A program made the translations under genes and the position numbers. A stretch of 64,000 nt of DNA from Ruminococcus sp. (GTDB taxonomy: Bacteria; Bacillota; Clostridia; Oscillospirales; Ruminococcaceae): positions 1,211 through 65,210 of the forward strand of contig JBGVIW010000050.1 of assembly GCA_045128995.1 (NCBI GenBank). Reading direction: 5' to 3'. A model generated the notes under the pieces. It did not search any database. It saw nothing but the letters and a program-made list of their open reading frames with translations, and was not told the origin of the DNA. Shown one piece after another: positions 26,278 through 36,757 of this stretch (position 1 is the stretch's first letter; every line of letters starts with the position of its first letter).

Positions 26278-27612
26278 ATGATCGGGCAGATTGTTCTGCA
26301 AATTGTTCTTATTGCTCTCAACGCTGTTTTTGCCTGTGCGGAGATCGCTGTTATTTCCATTAACGATGCACGGCTTGATAAGCTTGCCGCAAGCGGCGAC
26401 AAGCGTGCTATACGCCTGAAAAAGCTCACTGACGATCCGTCACGCTTTCTTGCTACGATCCAGGTCGCTATCACTCTCGCCGGCTTCATCGGTTCAGCTT
26501 TTGCTGCCGGAAACTTTGCCGGATATCTCGTTGCACTCCTCTCAAAGACCGGTATTCCAGTCTCTGCGGATGTGCTTCATTCCGTTTCTGTTATCATAAT
26601 CACTCTCATTCTTTCTTACTTCACTCTCGTATTCGGTGAGCTTGTTCCGAAACGTCTTGCCATGAAAAATCCTGAGAAAACGGCACTTGGGATGTCAGGG
26701 CTTATCTATTATATATCTAAGATATTCGCTCCGCTGGTATGGCTGCTCAACGGCTCTACTAACGGCATCCTCAGACTCCTCGGAGTCGATCCCGACAGCG
26801 AGGAGGATACAGTCACCGAAGAGGAGATCCTGATAATGTCCGACGCTGGTGCTGAAAAGGGTACTATCGACGAAAACGAAAACAGGATCATCAAGAATGT
26901 CTTTGCTTTTGACGATCTTACCGCTGAACAGGTCTGCACTCATCGTACTGATGTTTCCGTACTCTGGGATGAGGACAGCCCTGAGGTCTGGGAGGAAACT
27001 ATCCACCGCACTCGTCACTCGGTATTCCCTATCTGCGGCGAAAGCGTTGATAACATCATCGGTATCCTCAAGGCTAAGGACTTCTTCCGCCTCGAGGACA
27101 GATCAAAGGAAAATATCATGAACTCTATCGTCCGTGAGCCTTACTTCGTTCACGAGAATATGAAGGCTGACAGACTTTTTGCCCAGATGAAACGCAATGA
27201 CGCTGATCACTTTGCTGTTGTGGTCGACGAATACGGCGGAATGAGCGGTATCATTACGGTGACCGATCTAGTTGAACAGCTCGTCGGCGAGTTCGCTGAC
27301 GATGAGGAGGATATGCCCTCTGCTAAGTTTGAACAGCTCGGAGATAATCTCTGGCAGATCCCGGGAATCACTCCGCTTACTGATGTTGCTGAGGAGCTTG
27401 AGACTATCCTTCCGGCTGATAAGTATGAAACCTTCGGCGGCTATCTTATCGCTATGCTCGGAGAGATACCTAAGGACGGCTCTCAGGTGCATATCGAATG
27501 CGGCGGGCTTAACGTCGATATCCTAGAGGTCGAGCATCACCGTATCGAGGTGTGCCGTGTGTCAAAAATTATCCCCGAAAACAATACTGACGACAGCCCC
27601 GCAGAGGATTGA
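26278..27612 (+). CDS. HlyC/CorC-family (CNNM, CBS pair, CorC_HlyC) transporter
   Basis: LNAVFACAEIA, FGELVPKRLA, CBS pair, VVVDEYGG. Confidence 0.93.
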   Translation: MIGQIVLQIVLIALNAVFACAEIAVISINDARLDKLAASGDKRAIRLKKLTDDPSRFLATIQVAITLAGFIGSAFAAGNFAGYLVALLSKTGIPVSADVLHSVSVIIITLILSYFTLVFGELVPKRLAMKNPEKTALGMSGLIYYISKIFAPLVWLLNGSTNGILRLLGVDPDSEEDTVTEEEILIMSDAGAEKGTIDENENRIIKNVFAFDDLTAEQVCTHRTDVSVLWDEDSPEVWEETIHRTRHSVFPICGESVDNIIGILKAKDFFRLEDRSKENIMNSIVREPYFVHENMKADRLFAQMKRNDADHFAVVVDEYGGMSGIITVTDLVEQLVGEFADDEEDMPSAKFEQLGDNLWQIPGITPLTDVAEELETILPADKYETFGGYLIAMLGEIPKDGSQVHIECGGLNVDILEVEHHRIEVCRVSKIIPENNTDDSPAED

Positions 27613-27633
27613 TCCTCTGCGAAAGGAGATTTT

Positions 27634-28800
27634 ATGACAAAGCTTCTCATCAGGCTCTTTATTAAAGAGCCTGAAAATATTTCCAGCCCACGCACTCGAG
27701 CGGCTTACGGCACGCTCAGCAGTATTACCGGTATTCTCTGCAACTTTCTGCTGTTTGCACTGAAGTATATCGTGGGTACGCTCTCAAATTCTATCGCTGT
27801 TATTTCTGACGCTTTCAATAACCTTTCTGACGGCGCAGGCTGCGTGGTTACGCTTCTCGGCTGCAAGATGGCGTCTAAGCCTGCCGATAAGGATCATCCC
27901 TTCGGTCACGGCAGAATGGAATATCTCGTTTCTCTCGTTATCTCTGCTCTCATCCTGTTTATGGGATTTGAACTGCTGAAAAGCTCCGTCGGGAAGATAT
28001 ATTCACCTGAAGAGGTAGCCTTCAGCGCTGCTGCGCTTATATCACTTATCGCTTCGATCGGCGTGAAGCTGTGGATGTCAGTTTTCAATACCTTCCTCGG
28101 GGAAAAAATCAACTCGCCTATGATGCTTGCCTCCGCCAAGGACAGCAGGAATGATGTTATTGCTACTGCGGCTGCGGCGATCGCTCTGGTATGCTCGCTG
28201 TTTACTGACCTGCCGATAGACGGTATCACGGGCGTTATCGTTTCGATATTCATCCTGCGTGCGGGACTTGAGATAATCCGTGATACGGTCGATGAGCTTC
28301 TCGGAAAGCCTGCACCGCCTGAGATCACCGATAAGCTCCGCAGTATCATTTGCAGCGACAGCCGTATCGTCGGAGTGCATGATATGATCATCCATGACTA
28401 CGGCCCGGGAAATATGATCGGAAGCTGTCATGCCGAGGTGAAAAGCACTGAGGATGTCGTTTCTGTACACGACCTCATCGACCGCATAGAGCGGCAGATC
28501 CACAGCGAAATGAAGATCCTTATGACCATCCACATGGATCCTATCGAGGTCGATAATGAGCAGGTCAAGTTCTGCCGCTGTCTTATCGAGGATATTATCA
28601 GCAAGATCAGCTCCGGTATGAGTGTTCACGACTTCAGGATAGTGACCGGTGAGACTCATGTCAACCTGATCTTTGACCTTGTTGTTCCGTACAGCCTGAA
28701 GCTCGGCAATGACGAGATCAAGGATATGATCGACTCCTCCCTCTCCGGCAGAGAGGTGCAATACTATACCGTTATCACCTTCGACAGGGAATATGTCTGA
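27634..28800 (+). CDS. Cation diffusion facilitator family transporter
   Basis: SDAFNNLSD, HPFGHGRMEY, VHDMIIHDYGP. Confidence 0.93.
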   Translation: MTKLLIRLFIKEPENISSPRTRAAYGTLSSITGILCNFLLFALKYIVGTLSNSIAVISDAFNNLSDGAGCVVTLLGCKMASKPADKDHPFGHGRMEYLVSLVISALILFMGFELLKSSVGKIYSPEEVAFSAAALISLIASIGVKLWMSVFNTFLGEKINSPMMLASAKDSRNDVIATAAAAIALVCSLFTDLPIDGITGVIVSIFILRAGLEIIRDTVDELLGKPAPPEITDKLRSIICSDSRIVGVHDMIIHDYGPGNMIGSCHAEVKSTEDVVSVHDLIDRIERQIHSEMKILMTIHMDPIEVDNEQVKFCRCLIEDIISKISSGMSVHDFRIVTGETHVNLIFDLVVPYSLKLGNDEIKDMIDSSLSGREVQYYTVITFDREYV

Positions 28801-28845
28801 AAATACTGAAGCCGCCTCCGGTGTAATTTCCGGAGACGGCTTTTT

Positions 28846-29361
28846 TTATGTATTTGACAGTGCATACTCGGCGAAGATCCTCGCTGCGATGCCCACAAGC
28901 TCCTTGCAGGGACGCTTTTTGTAATATTCAGCCGTCCGCTTCTCCGGCACAGGGTCGCTTGCTCCCTTCTGATCCAAGCCAAGAAGCTCACGGCAGATTA
29001 TGCTTCCGTTCTGCTCACGGAATGATGCGGCAAGCTGCTGGATGCGCTTGTAATGCTCGGTTTTTTCAGCATGACCTTTCGGGTCGCTGTAACCGAAGTA
29101 TAGTCCAGCCGCCATGAACATTCCGCTCACTGCTCCGCATACCTCTCGAAGCCTTCCCATTCCGCCTCCGAAGGAGGACGAGATGCGGGCTGCCATTTCA
29201 GCCGGAATGCCTTTTTCCTGCGCAAACACCATGTAAACCGACTGCGCACAGTTATAGCCCTCACCAAACAGCTCTTCTGCCTTTTTAGCATAGTAATCAG
29301 GCGTTTTTGACAGCAATTTCTCTTTTTCCAGCATAATTCTCATCCTTTCAGTTTTTTTCAT
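28846..29361 (-). CDS. C-GCAxxG-C-C family (putative redox-active) protein
   Basis: GYNCAQSV, EVCGAVSG, CRELLG, RPC motifs. Confidence 0.9.
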   Translation of the reverse strand: MKKTERMRIMLEKEKLLSKTPDYYAKKAEELFGEGYNCAQSVYMVFAQEKGIPAEMAARISSSFGGGMGRLREVCGAVSGMFMAAGLYFGYSDPKGHAEKTEHYKRIQQLAASFREQNGSIICRELLGLDQKGASDPVPEKRTAEYYKKRPCKELVGIAARIFAEYALSNT

Positions 29362-29570
29362 TATACCACCTTTTCCTCCCAAAGTCAACGCTGCTGCACT
29401 TTTTGTCAGATAATGCTACGGCTGAATACAGGGGGTTTTTATGCTGTTATTTGTATAACATGGCATAATTTATGCAGCATTTATTGTACAATTCGCCGGA
29501 ATTAGCGTTTTTTCAGAAAAAATTGTGATTTTCTCTTGACTAAAATCGAAAAATCCATTATAATATCTAT

Positions 29571-29692
29571 AGTGTTAAATACTATTTATGTTATTAACAC
29601 TCGTTTTGTTGTCTCCTTTCTTTTGTTCTACACATATTTATTTTTTGACTTCATTTCCCTACGGCAGAGCTTTTGGCTCTGCCAATTTTTTT
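29571..29692 (+). ncRNA. Candidate small RNA with anti-Shine-Dalgarno seed
   Basis: TTGACT N17 TATAAT (29536-29564); 5' hairpin AGTGTTAA/TTAACACT; U-rich TCTCCTTTCT at 29612-29621; terminator GGCAGAGC/GCTCTGCC plus T7. Confidence 0.6.
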
Positions 29693-29747
29693 GCCCTGCG
29701 GATATTTCGGCCGGAATGTGTTACCATAACCTCAGGGAGGTGACTTC

Positions 29748-30191
29748 ATGAATATTACACCTGAGGTCTATGGCGAAATGAGCAAAAAGGCTTCGCCTGG
29801 TTCGAATTCCAAGGTAAATATTCCTGTGGCTTTTGCCGTCGGTGGTGCGATATGCGTTATCGGAGAGATCCTCCGGCAGTTTTTTGAAAAGCTCGGTCTG
29901 GATGAAACCGCTGCCGGTACGTGGACTTCTGTCATTCTCGTCGGCATCAGCGCTGTGCTGACTGGTCTGGGATGGTACGAAAAACTCGCCAAGCACGCTG
30001 GCGCTGGTACTCTTGTGCCTATTACAGGCTTCTCAAACGGCATCAGCTCTTCGGCTATCGAGGCGAAATCTGAGGGATTTATCCTCGGCGTCGGCGCTAA
30101 GATATTCACTATCGCTGGCCCGGTCATTCTTTATGGATGCTCCGCTTCGGTCGTATATGGGCTTGTTTACTGGATCTTTAATTCTATGTGA
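29748..30191 (+). CDS. spoVAC: Stage V sporulation protein AC (SpoVAC/AE family)
   Basis: AFAVGGAICVIG, AGAGTLVPITGFSN, IFTIAGPVILYG. Confidence 0.9.
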   Translation: MNITPEVYGEMSKKASPGSNSKVNIPVAFAVGGAICVIGEILRQFFEKLGLDETAAGTWTSVILVGISAVLTGLGWYEKLAKHAGAGTLVPITGFSNGISSSAIEAKSEGFILGVGAKIFTIAGPVILYGCSASVVYGLVYWIFNSM

Positions 30192-30293
30192 AAAGGGACT
30201 GCTCCGATGGGCAGTCCCTTTTTTTGATTATCAGATCATTCTGCTTCAGCAAAAGCTGTCGCATTACGCAAATATTCCTTCGTCCGTGCGTCA

Positions 30294-31385
30294 TTAATTA
30301 CTAATCACAACGCAATAAAATCCGTCGCTGTCGGGTTCAAGTTCTCTGACGAGGTAGCCGCCGACGGTATCAGTCTGCGGCCCGCAGAAGTAGCTGCGCT
30401 CACCCAAATCCGGGAGCCACGAATATGCTATCAGGCTGCTTTCGCCGTCCTCAGGGAGATTTCTGCGGTCGAAGTACACCCACACGCTGTCGTCTGTTCG
30501 GGATATTGCATACGCTCCGGAGCATATCTCTCCTCCGACTGAGCCATGACCGTCCCATTCTGATGCCGAGTCGGCGTGAGTTTCTGATACCATTACCGGT
30601 GCACCTTCGCTCATATAGTACATCTCGCCGCACTGGCTTACATCGGGCGCAAAACGACAATATCCATCATCCTCGGTCAGGCTTACAGTCTCGCTGAGGT
30701 ACATTGCATATTTATACCCGAACTGATTGTAAGCAATATCAGTGAGAAGTGAGCCAAGCTCGCTGAACTGTCCGTCATCCCTGCCATTTCCGGTAAAGAT
30801 CGTGCCGTTGTTTCCGCAGAAAATATCCTCCATTGCGCCTTCGCTCAGAGCCGAAAGCTCTGTATCGTCCTCCAGCCGGACTACGCAGTCAAAACATTCC
30901 TCCTCGGCAAGCTCGTCGAAATTACTGCCGTCATAGTATGTTTCATACATCAGCAGATTTTCCCACTCATCAGTATTACCATCGGAGAAATTATGGTTGC
31001 TTATAAAGATATCCTTGATCCTGCAATCAGCCGCTGACTCGATGGCGTCCTCCAGATCAGAGACAATCTCCCTCGACTGGTAGTCGTCGATGCCATCGGT
31101 AGTATTCTCTCTTCCGTCGATGTAAACGGTGAAATTCCTCCCGCTGTGCTTCATACTGACATAAACATAGCCATTGAATTCCGGCCCGAAAAGTCCGGCA
31201 TATCTGTCTACCTCAGAGCGTATCACCTCTGCCTTGAAGCCGTACTTTTCCTCGATATAACGCACGGCATTTACCTCTGCCGTCATAAGATTCTGAGCAT
31301 TTTCCTTTTTCTGCTCCTTGCTTACGCAGCCGCTCATCGCAAGCAGTGCCGCAAGGGCTGCCGGCAAGATCCTTCTCAATTTCAT
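30294..31385 (-). CDS. Acidic lipoprotein of unknown function
   Basis: MKLRRILPAALAALLAMSGC lipobox; 363 aa. Confidence 0.75.
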   Translation of the reverse strand: MKLRRILPAALAALLAMSGCVSKEQKKENAQNLMTAEVNAVRYIEEKYGFKAEVIRSEVDRYAGLFGPEFNGYVYVSMKHSGRNFTVYIDGRENTTDGIDDYQSREIVSDLEDAIESAADCRIKDIFISNHNFSDGNTDEWENLLMYETYYDGSNFDELAEEECFDCVVRLEDDTELSALSEGAMEDIFCGNNGTIFTGNGRDDGQFSELGSLLTDIAYNQFGYKYAMYLSETVSLTEDDGYCRFAPDVSQCGEMYYMSEGAPVMVSETHADSASEWDGHGSVGGEICSGAYAISRTDDSVWVYFDRRNLPEDGESSLIAYSWLPDLGERSYFCGPQTDTVGGYLVRELEPDSDGFYCVVISN

Positions 31386-31400
31386 TCAAAGCCTCCCCGA

Positions 31401-32588
31401 TCAGTTCGCATATACTGAATCGATTCCGAGGTATTCCTCAAGGGTAAGTCCGCTGTTATAGACCTTTGTTGCGGTATCTATGCCAAGATAGCGGATGTGC
31501 CATGGTTCGTATTTATAGCCGGTAATGTCCTGCTTTCCCTTAGGATAGCGGATAATAAAGCCGTACTCATGAGCATGATTCTCAAGCCAGATCGCCTCGG
31601 GAGTTCCTGCAAAGGAGTCGTCGATACTGTTTACGTCGATCGCAAGTCCTGTCTGATGCTCGGAATGTCCGGGACGTGCCGAGAATGTATCCGCTGTAGC
31701 GGAGCCGTAGATATTTGAATAGTTGCTGTAGATCTGGCTCTGATACTCGTATGAGCGGAAGCCGGAGGAATTGTAGATATTAAGTCCTTCCGCTGCGGCT
31801 GCCTGAGAGAGTTTGTCAAAGGCTGATGATGCTTCGGGAAGCAGTCCGCCGGGGTTGTATGATGAGGGAAGTCCGTAGCTCTTGTTTGCGATGAGGATTC
31901 CATCCACGTAGGTTATTCCATCTATAACCTCAACAGCAGCATCCCCGCTTAATGCGGGAGATGCTGCTGTTGTAGTTCCTGTAGCAGAGGCTGTCTGCTG
32001 GAGACCGCCTGAAAGATCTGTAGTTGTATTTGTAGGTGTGCCGACTGCGTTAGGATCTGTAACAACGACCTTTACCTCAGCATATACTACCGGGTTATTC
32101 TTTGAGGTTACTGTTACATAGCATTCGCCGGCGCTCACGCCTGTGATATTTCCGATATGGTCAACTGTAGCTACAGCTTCATTTGAACTTGTCCAAAGCT
32201 CGCCCTTTTCAGGTGAAGCCTCAGGGAACATTGTTACCCACGGCATATCGGACTCGCCGACTTCGACAAATACCTCATATTTATCAAGCTCAATGGAAGT
32301 GATCGTATTCGGATCGTTCGGGTCACCAGTTACCGGAGGTGCAGTTGTAGTCACCACAGGTGTTGTAATAACAGGCATAGTTGTTGTCACCTGAGTAGTT
32401 ACAACGGGCGCCGGAGTTTTTCCCGAATTATCGTCAGAAGAGCATGAAGAGCACGCACTGATTATAAGGATCAGTCCGATGATCAGGATACCCACAATGA
32501 CTGCAAGAGCGATCATTCTTCTGCGCTGAGCCACTTTTTTGCTTGGTCTTTTTCTTTTTCTGTTTGGTCTTGAATAATTGTTGTCCAT
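31401..32588 (-). CDS. D-Ala-D-Ala carboxypeptidase (M15B/VanY-like) with membrane anchor, Thr/Pro linker and Ig-like (Big_2) domain
   Basis: SGFRSY, SARPGHSEHQTGLAID, EPWHIRYLG; WTSSNEAVATVD Ig motif. Confidence 0.92.
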   Translation of the reverse strand: MDNNYSRPNRKRKRPSKKVAQRRRMIALAVIVGILIIGLILIISACSSCSSDDNSGKTPAPVVTTQVTTTMPVITTPVVTTTAPPVTGDPNDPNTITSIELDKYEVFVEVGESDMPWVTMFPEASPEKGELWTSSNEAVATVDHIGNITGVSAGECYVTVTSKNNPVVYAEVKVVVTDPNAVGTPTNTTTDLSGGLQQTASATGTTTAASPALSGDAAVEVIDGITYVDGILIANKSYGLPSSYNPGGLLPEASSAFDKLSQAAAAEGLNIYNSSGFRSYEYQSQIYSNYSNIYGSATADTFSARPGHSEHQTGLAIDVNSIDDSFAGTPEAIWLENHAHEYGFIIRYPKGKQDITGYKYEPWHIRYLGIDTATKVYNSGLTLEEYLGIDSVYAN

Positions 32589-32800
32589 TGAAATCCCTCT
32601 CTTTAAAAAACTCTTATTGAGACAAAAATCTCTGTATAATCCTATTATATCACAGTCTCTTTCAAATGTCACGTGCTTTTACAAAGTTTTTGCAATATGA
32701 CATAATATGCCCCCTCTTTTTGGTGATATTGTATAAACTGTGAATTCCTATTTAAGAAAAATAAAAACAGACAGCCACTGGGTGGTTGTCTGTTTTGATC

Positions 32801-33118
32801 TCATCTGATATACAGAAGCCAGTCGAGAGTACAGGCTGCAAAGAATAGAACCTGGCGCATAATGGCGTCAGTTATCAATCCGTTTGTTGGGACGGATGCA
32901 TTATTTTTTCTTGCCGTCACGATCGTCCACACAGCTGTGGCGATTCCTGCGGCGGCAATTATCTCGCATCCCAGAGCGATCCAGCTCAGGAGTTCGATAT
33001 TTTTCCAGCAAAAGCCAGTGAACGAATCTATCAGCATTATAATTGAAATCACTGCTGCCGGAAGCCATAATATTCTCGAAACGAGCTTCATTCTGATAAG
33101 CTTTTGTTTTATGTCCAT
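32801..33118 (-). CDS. Small membrane protein
   Basis: Three hydrophobic segments; GGAGG RBS before ATG 33118. Confidence 0.6.
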   Translation of the reverse strand: MDIKQKLIRMKLVSRILWLPAAVISIIMLIDSFTGFCWKNIELLSWIALGCEIIAAAGIATAVWTIVTARKNNASVPTNGLITDAIMRQVLFFAACTLDWLLYIR

Positions 33119-33172
33119 ACAAACCTCTAGGCATCCGCACACGGCGGATCTTAATCCGCCGCATACTGTGTT

Positions 33173-35608
33173 TTACGAATGGTTAATCCGGGATTGGCCT
33201 AAAACAACCTTGATGTCGTTAGTTTCGGCAAGCTTGTCTGCCGGGATATAGCAGCCCTCAAGCTTCTCGCCGTTGAGGATAAGCTCCTTTACGCCGCTTT
33301 CTGCGTGAGCTGAGTTATCGACATTGATAACGAGCTTCTTTCCTCTGAAGTTCTTGGTGATCTTAAAGCCGTCCCACTCAGAAGGAATTGAAGGTGATAC
33401 AGTAAGTCCGTCGGCGTCGGGACGCATTCCGCAGATACCCTCTACGCAGCCTACCATTACTGTTGAAGCTGTACCTGTGAGCCAGTGAACGTGTGAACGT
33501 CCCTCATAGGGTGAAGCCTTGGACTCAGTGAACTGACCGTGAACGTACGGCTCGAGGACACGGATCTCAGCCTTGTCGTTCATTGCAGCAGGTGAGCTTT
33601 CCATGAAGTACTCGAATGCACGGTTTCCGTTGCCGAGGAGAGCCTCAGCGAGGATGAGCCAGCCCTGTGACTGTGAGAAGATACCGCCGTTTTCCTTTGT
33701 ATCAGCATTGAAGATGTGCATGAGCGCACCGTTGAAGTAATTCTCCTTGTAAGGCGGCTCGAGGAGCTTTGCACCGTAAGGAGTATTGAGGATATCGTGA
33801 ACGCTGTTCATAGCCTTTTCAGCCTGTTCAGCGGATGCAAACTTAGAGATTACGCTCCATGACTGAGGATTGAGCCACATATTAGCCTCGGGATCCTTCT
33901 TTGCGCCTACGACTACGCCGTCCTCACGGATACCACGGATAAATCTGTCCTCATCCCAGCACTTCTCGAGGGTTTCAGCAAGCTTAGCCTGTACCTCGTC
34001 GATGTATGCGATGTAGTCTGTATCGTTCTTGGACTGTGCCATATCTCTGATAACGCTCATAGCGTAGTAGAGCTGGAATGCTACGAATGTAGACTCGCCC
34101 TTAGCTCCGAGACGGAGGCAGTCGTTCCAGTCAGCGTGGAGACCTGCGGGCATATCGTGGCCGCCGAGACGCTCCATTGAGAAGCGGATAGCGTTCTTGA
34201 GATGCTCATAAACAGTAGCCTCTCCGCCGCCTTCCTCAGCGTATGTGATTACCTCATCAAGGAAGCCCTTGTTTCCGCTTTCGCCGATATACTTAACGAT
34301 CGTCGGGAAGAGCCAGAGTGCGTCGTCCGCACGGTATGAGGGGTGACCTGTTTCCTTAGCGTAAACGCTGTTCTCGTCGTTCTCGTCGGGACAAGTCTCA
34401 TGACCTGCGTTGTGGCTGAACTTAACGAGCGGAAGTCCTCCGCCGTTGCTTACCTGAGCAGAGAGCATGAAGCGGATCTTCTCAGCAGCCATTTCAGGAT
34501 CAAGGTGGATGATACCCTGAATATCCTGAACTGTATCACGGTAGCCGTAGCCATTTCTGAGTCCGCAGTATACGAATGAAGCAGCTCTTGACCAGATGAA
34601 GGTGATGAAGCACTGGTAAGCGTTCCATACGTTGATCATGTTGTTGAATTCCTCTGAGGGAGTTTCAACCTGGAAATTGGAGAGCTGGTTATGCCAGTAG
34701 TTCTTGAGCTGAGCGATCTCAGCGTCGACCTTTCCTGCCTCCTTGTACTCGTTGAGGATAGCAGAAGCCTGAGCGTTGTCCTTCTGACCGAGAATGTAGA
34801 TAAGCTCAGCAGTCTCGCCGGGCTTGAGTACGATATCGGACTGGAGCGCTCCGCAGGCATTGCTGTTGAAGTTCATTACGTTATCGCACTTTCCACGCTC
34901 AACAGCGATGGGGTTGGAATATGTTCTGTAAGGGCCGATGAAGCTGGAGAGGCTTCCGTTATATGCAGAGATCGGAGCGCCTACCATACCGAAGAAACGC
35001 TCTCTGTGGTTAGAGCCTGTCTCATCCTTGCCGCTGTTCTCGTTGATATGCTGAAGGATCTTGTTCTCCTCGAAGCTTGTACGTGTGATGAAGAGTGTGT
35101 ACTGGAGATTTACCTGATCCTGCTCATAGTTATTGTCATTAGTGAACTCAACGAAACCAAAGAGGGAGAGGTTTCTGTCCTTGTCACTGTTGTTTGTAAC
35201 CTTGGCACGCCATACCTCGTATGTCTTGCCGTAGGGAACGTAATATGTAGTCTCAGACTTGATGTCAGCGTACTCAGCGGAGATCACTGTATAAGCAGTA
35301 CCATGGCGGCACTCGCTCTTATATGTATCGAGCGGCTTGCCAACGGGCTGCCATGAAGCTGACCAGTAGTCGTTAGCGTCGTTATCTCTGATGTAGATAT
35401 ATCTTCCGGGAAGAGCCATATCAGAATTGAAGCGGAAACGTGAGATACGTCCGTTTGCGCCTGATTTTACGAAGCTGTAGCCAGCAGCGTTATTTGAGAT
35501 CATAGCGCCGTACTCGGGATCGCCGAGGTAGTTTGCCCATGGAGCGGGGGTATCGGGATTTGTGATAACATACTCCTTGTTTTCAAGGTCGAAATATCCG
35601 TATTTCAT
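33173..35608 (-). CDS. GH94 glycoside phosphorylase, cellodextrin-phosphorylase-like
   Basis: MKYGYFD..EYVIT.PDTPAPWANYLG, GYRDTVQD, ADWNDCL, WLTGTA. Substrate is inferred. Confidence 0.85.
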   Translation of the reverse strand: MKYGYFDLENKEYVITNPDTPAPWANYLGDPEYGAMISNNAAGYSFVKSGANGRISRFRFNSDMALPGRYIYIRDNDANDYWSASWQPVGKPLDTYKSECRHGTAYTVISAEYADIKSETTYYVPYGKTYEVWRAKVTNNSDKDRNLSLFGFVEFTNDNNYEQDQVNLQYTLFITRTSFEENKILQHINENSGKDETGSNHRERFFGMVGAPISAYNGSLSSFIGPYRTYSNPIAVERGKCDNVMNFNSNACGALQSDIVLKPGETAELIYILGQKDNAQASAILNEYKEAGKVDAEIAQLKNYWHNQLSNFQVETPSEEFNNMINVWNAYQCFITFIWSRAASFVYCGLRNGYGYRDTVQDIQGIIHLDPEMAAEKIRFMLSAQVSNGGGLPLVKFSHNAGHETCPDENDENSVYAKETGHPSYRADDALWLFPTIVKYIGESGNKGFLDEVITYAEEGGGEATVYEHLKNAIRFSMERLGGHDMPAGLHADWNDCLRLGAKGESTFVAFQLYYAMSVIRDMAQSKNDTDYIAYIDEVQAKLAETLEKCWDEDRFIRGIREDGVVVGAKKDPEANMWLNPQSWSVISKFASAEQAEKAMNSVHDILNTPYGAKLLEPPYKENYFNGALMHIFNADTKENGGIFSQSQGWLILAEALLGNGNRAFEYFMESSPAAMNDKAEIRVLEPYVHGQFTESKASPYEGRSHVHWLTGTASTVMVGCVEGICGMRPDADGLTVSPSIPSEWDGFKITKNFRGKKLVINVDNSAHAESGVKELILNGEKLEGCYIPADKLAETNDIKVVLGQSRINHS

Positions 35609-35678
35609 TTTTAATTCTCCTTTTTAACGGTTAAATTTTACACCGGACTGCCTATAATGATCCGGTGTTGTAACTTTG

Positions 35679-35742
35679 TGCAGATTTATGCACATACAGC
35701 TAATGTGATTATAACATCTTTCTCAAAGCATTGCAAGAGGGT
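35679..35742. repeat. 64-bp exact direct repeat, copy 1 (contains the sigmaA promoter of the GH94 gene)
   Basis: Identical to 36642-36705; contains minus-strand TTGCAA N17 TATAAT. Confidence 0.9.
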
Positions 35743-35950
35743 TTGTGATGTTTTGCAGAATTTTCAAAGATTTTACCTTAATTTAGCAATCGGCAAATAT
35801 AAGAATGCAAATTTTTGTGGCTTCAGTAATCAGTACAACGCCCCTCAATTGGTTAAAATAAAAATATATGTATAGCACGCTTGACAGCAAATGTAAAGTG
35901 TGCTATACTCAAAATGTAAAGTGCACTAGACAATTTTAGGAGGCGATAAC

Positions 35951-36157
35951 TTGCAGACAAAAATTCAGGAGCTTCGCAAAGAGCGAAAAATCTCTCAGCA
36001 GGAGCTTGCAGACGCACTCGGTGTCACACGCCAGACCATTATTTCCCTTGAAAGCGGAAAATATAAGGCTTCGCTTGTGCTTGCCCACAAAGCGGCTCAG
36101 TTTTTCGGCATGACTATCGAGGATGTATTTATTTTTGAGGAGGACGAAAATTTATGA
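35951..36157 (+). CDS. XRE/Cro-family HTH regulator
   Basis: SQQELADALGVTRQTIISLESGKY; 68 aa. Confidence 0.9.
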   Translation: MQTKIQELRKERKISQQELADALGVTRQTIISLESGKYKASLVLAHKAAQFFGMTIEDVFIFEEDENL

Positions 36158-36585
36158 AAGAATTCAGAAAAAAACTCGAAAAAAAGGTGAAGATCTGTTC
36201 ACTCTTTGCAAGCAGCAGCATACTTATCTTCATAGGCAGCAATCTTCTTTTTGACGGAGCAAGCGATTTCGCAAACGGATTGATAACTGGATTTTTCAGT
36301 GGTTTAATGGTGGTTATTATCTTCAATCTTGTCCGTATGACAGCAGCTCTCCAAAATGAGAAAAAGCTCAGGGAAATGTATGTAGCCGAAACTGATGAAC
36401 GTAATATTGCTATCGGCAAGGAAACATCTAATACAGCAGTGACTATTTCAACAATGTGTCTCGCTCTTGCCGTTATCGTTGCAGGATTTATAAATGTAAC
36501 CGTATGTATCACTCTTGCTGCCGCACTCCTTTTTTCGGCAATAGTTACTATATCTGTCAGAGCCTACTACAATAAGAAAATGTAA
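36154..36585 (+). CDS. Membrane protein paired with the XRE regulator
   Basis: Four hydrophobic segments, DERN motif, ATGA overlap with the HTH gene. Confidence 0.8.
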   Translation: MKEFRKKLEKKVKICSLFASSSILIFIGSNLLFDGASDFANGLITGFFSGLMVVIIFNLVRMTAALQNEKKLREMYVAETDERNIAIGKETSNTAVTISTMCLALAVIVAGFINVTVCITLAAALLFSAIVTISVRAYYNKKM

Positions 36586-36641
36586 TCAGATCTTCTCGCT
36601 GACCGACATAACAAATCCCCAGTTTCTAAGGGCATACTGCT

Positions 36642-36705
36642 TGCAGATTTATGCACATACAGCTAATGTGATTATAACATCTTTCTCAAAGCATTGCAAG
36701 AGGGT
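36642..36705. repeat. 64-bp exact direct repeat, copy 2
   Basis: Identical to 35679-35742. Confidence 0.9.
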
Positions 36706-36757
36706 GACGGCTTTTTTATGTATATATTTTTTATTTAACCTTCACCCTGAAAATGGC

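Noticed and set aside
29748-30191. Lone spoVAC as evidence of a novel sporulation system
   Set aside because: A known family; scattered spoVA genes are common in Clostridia.
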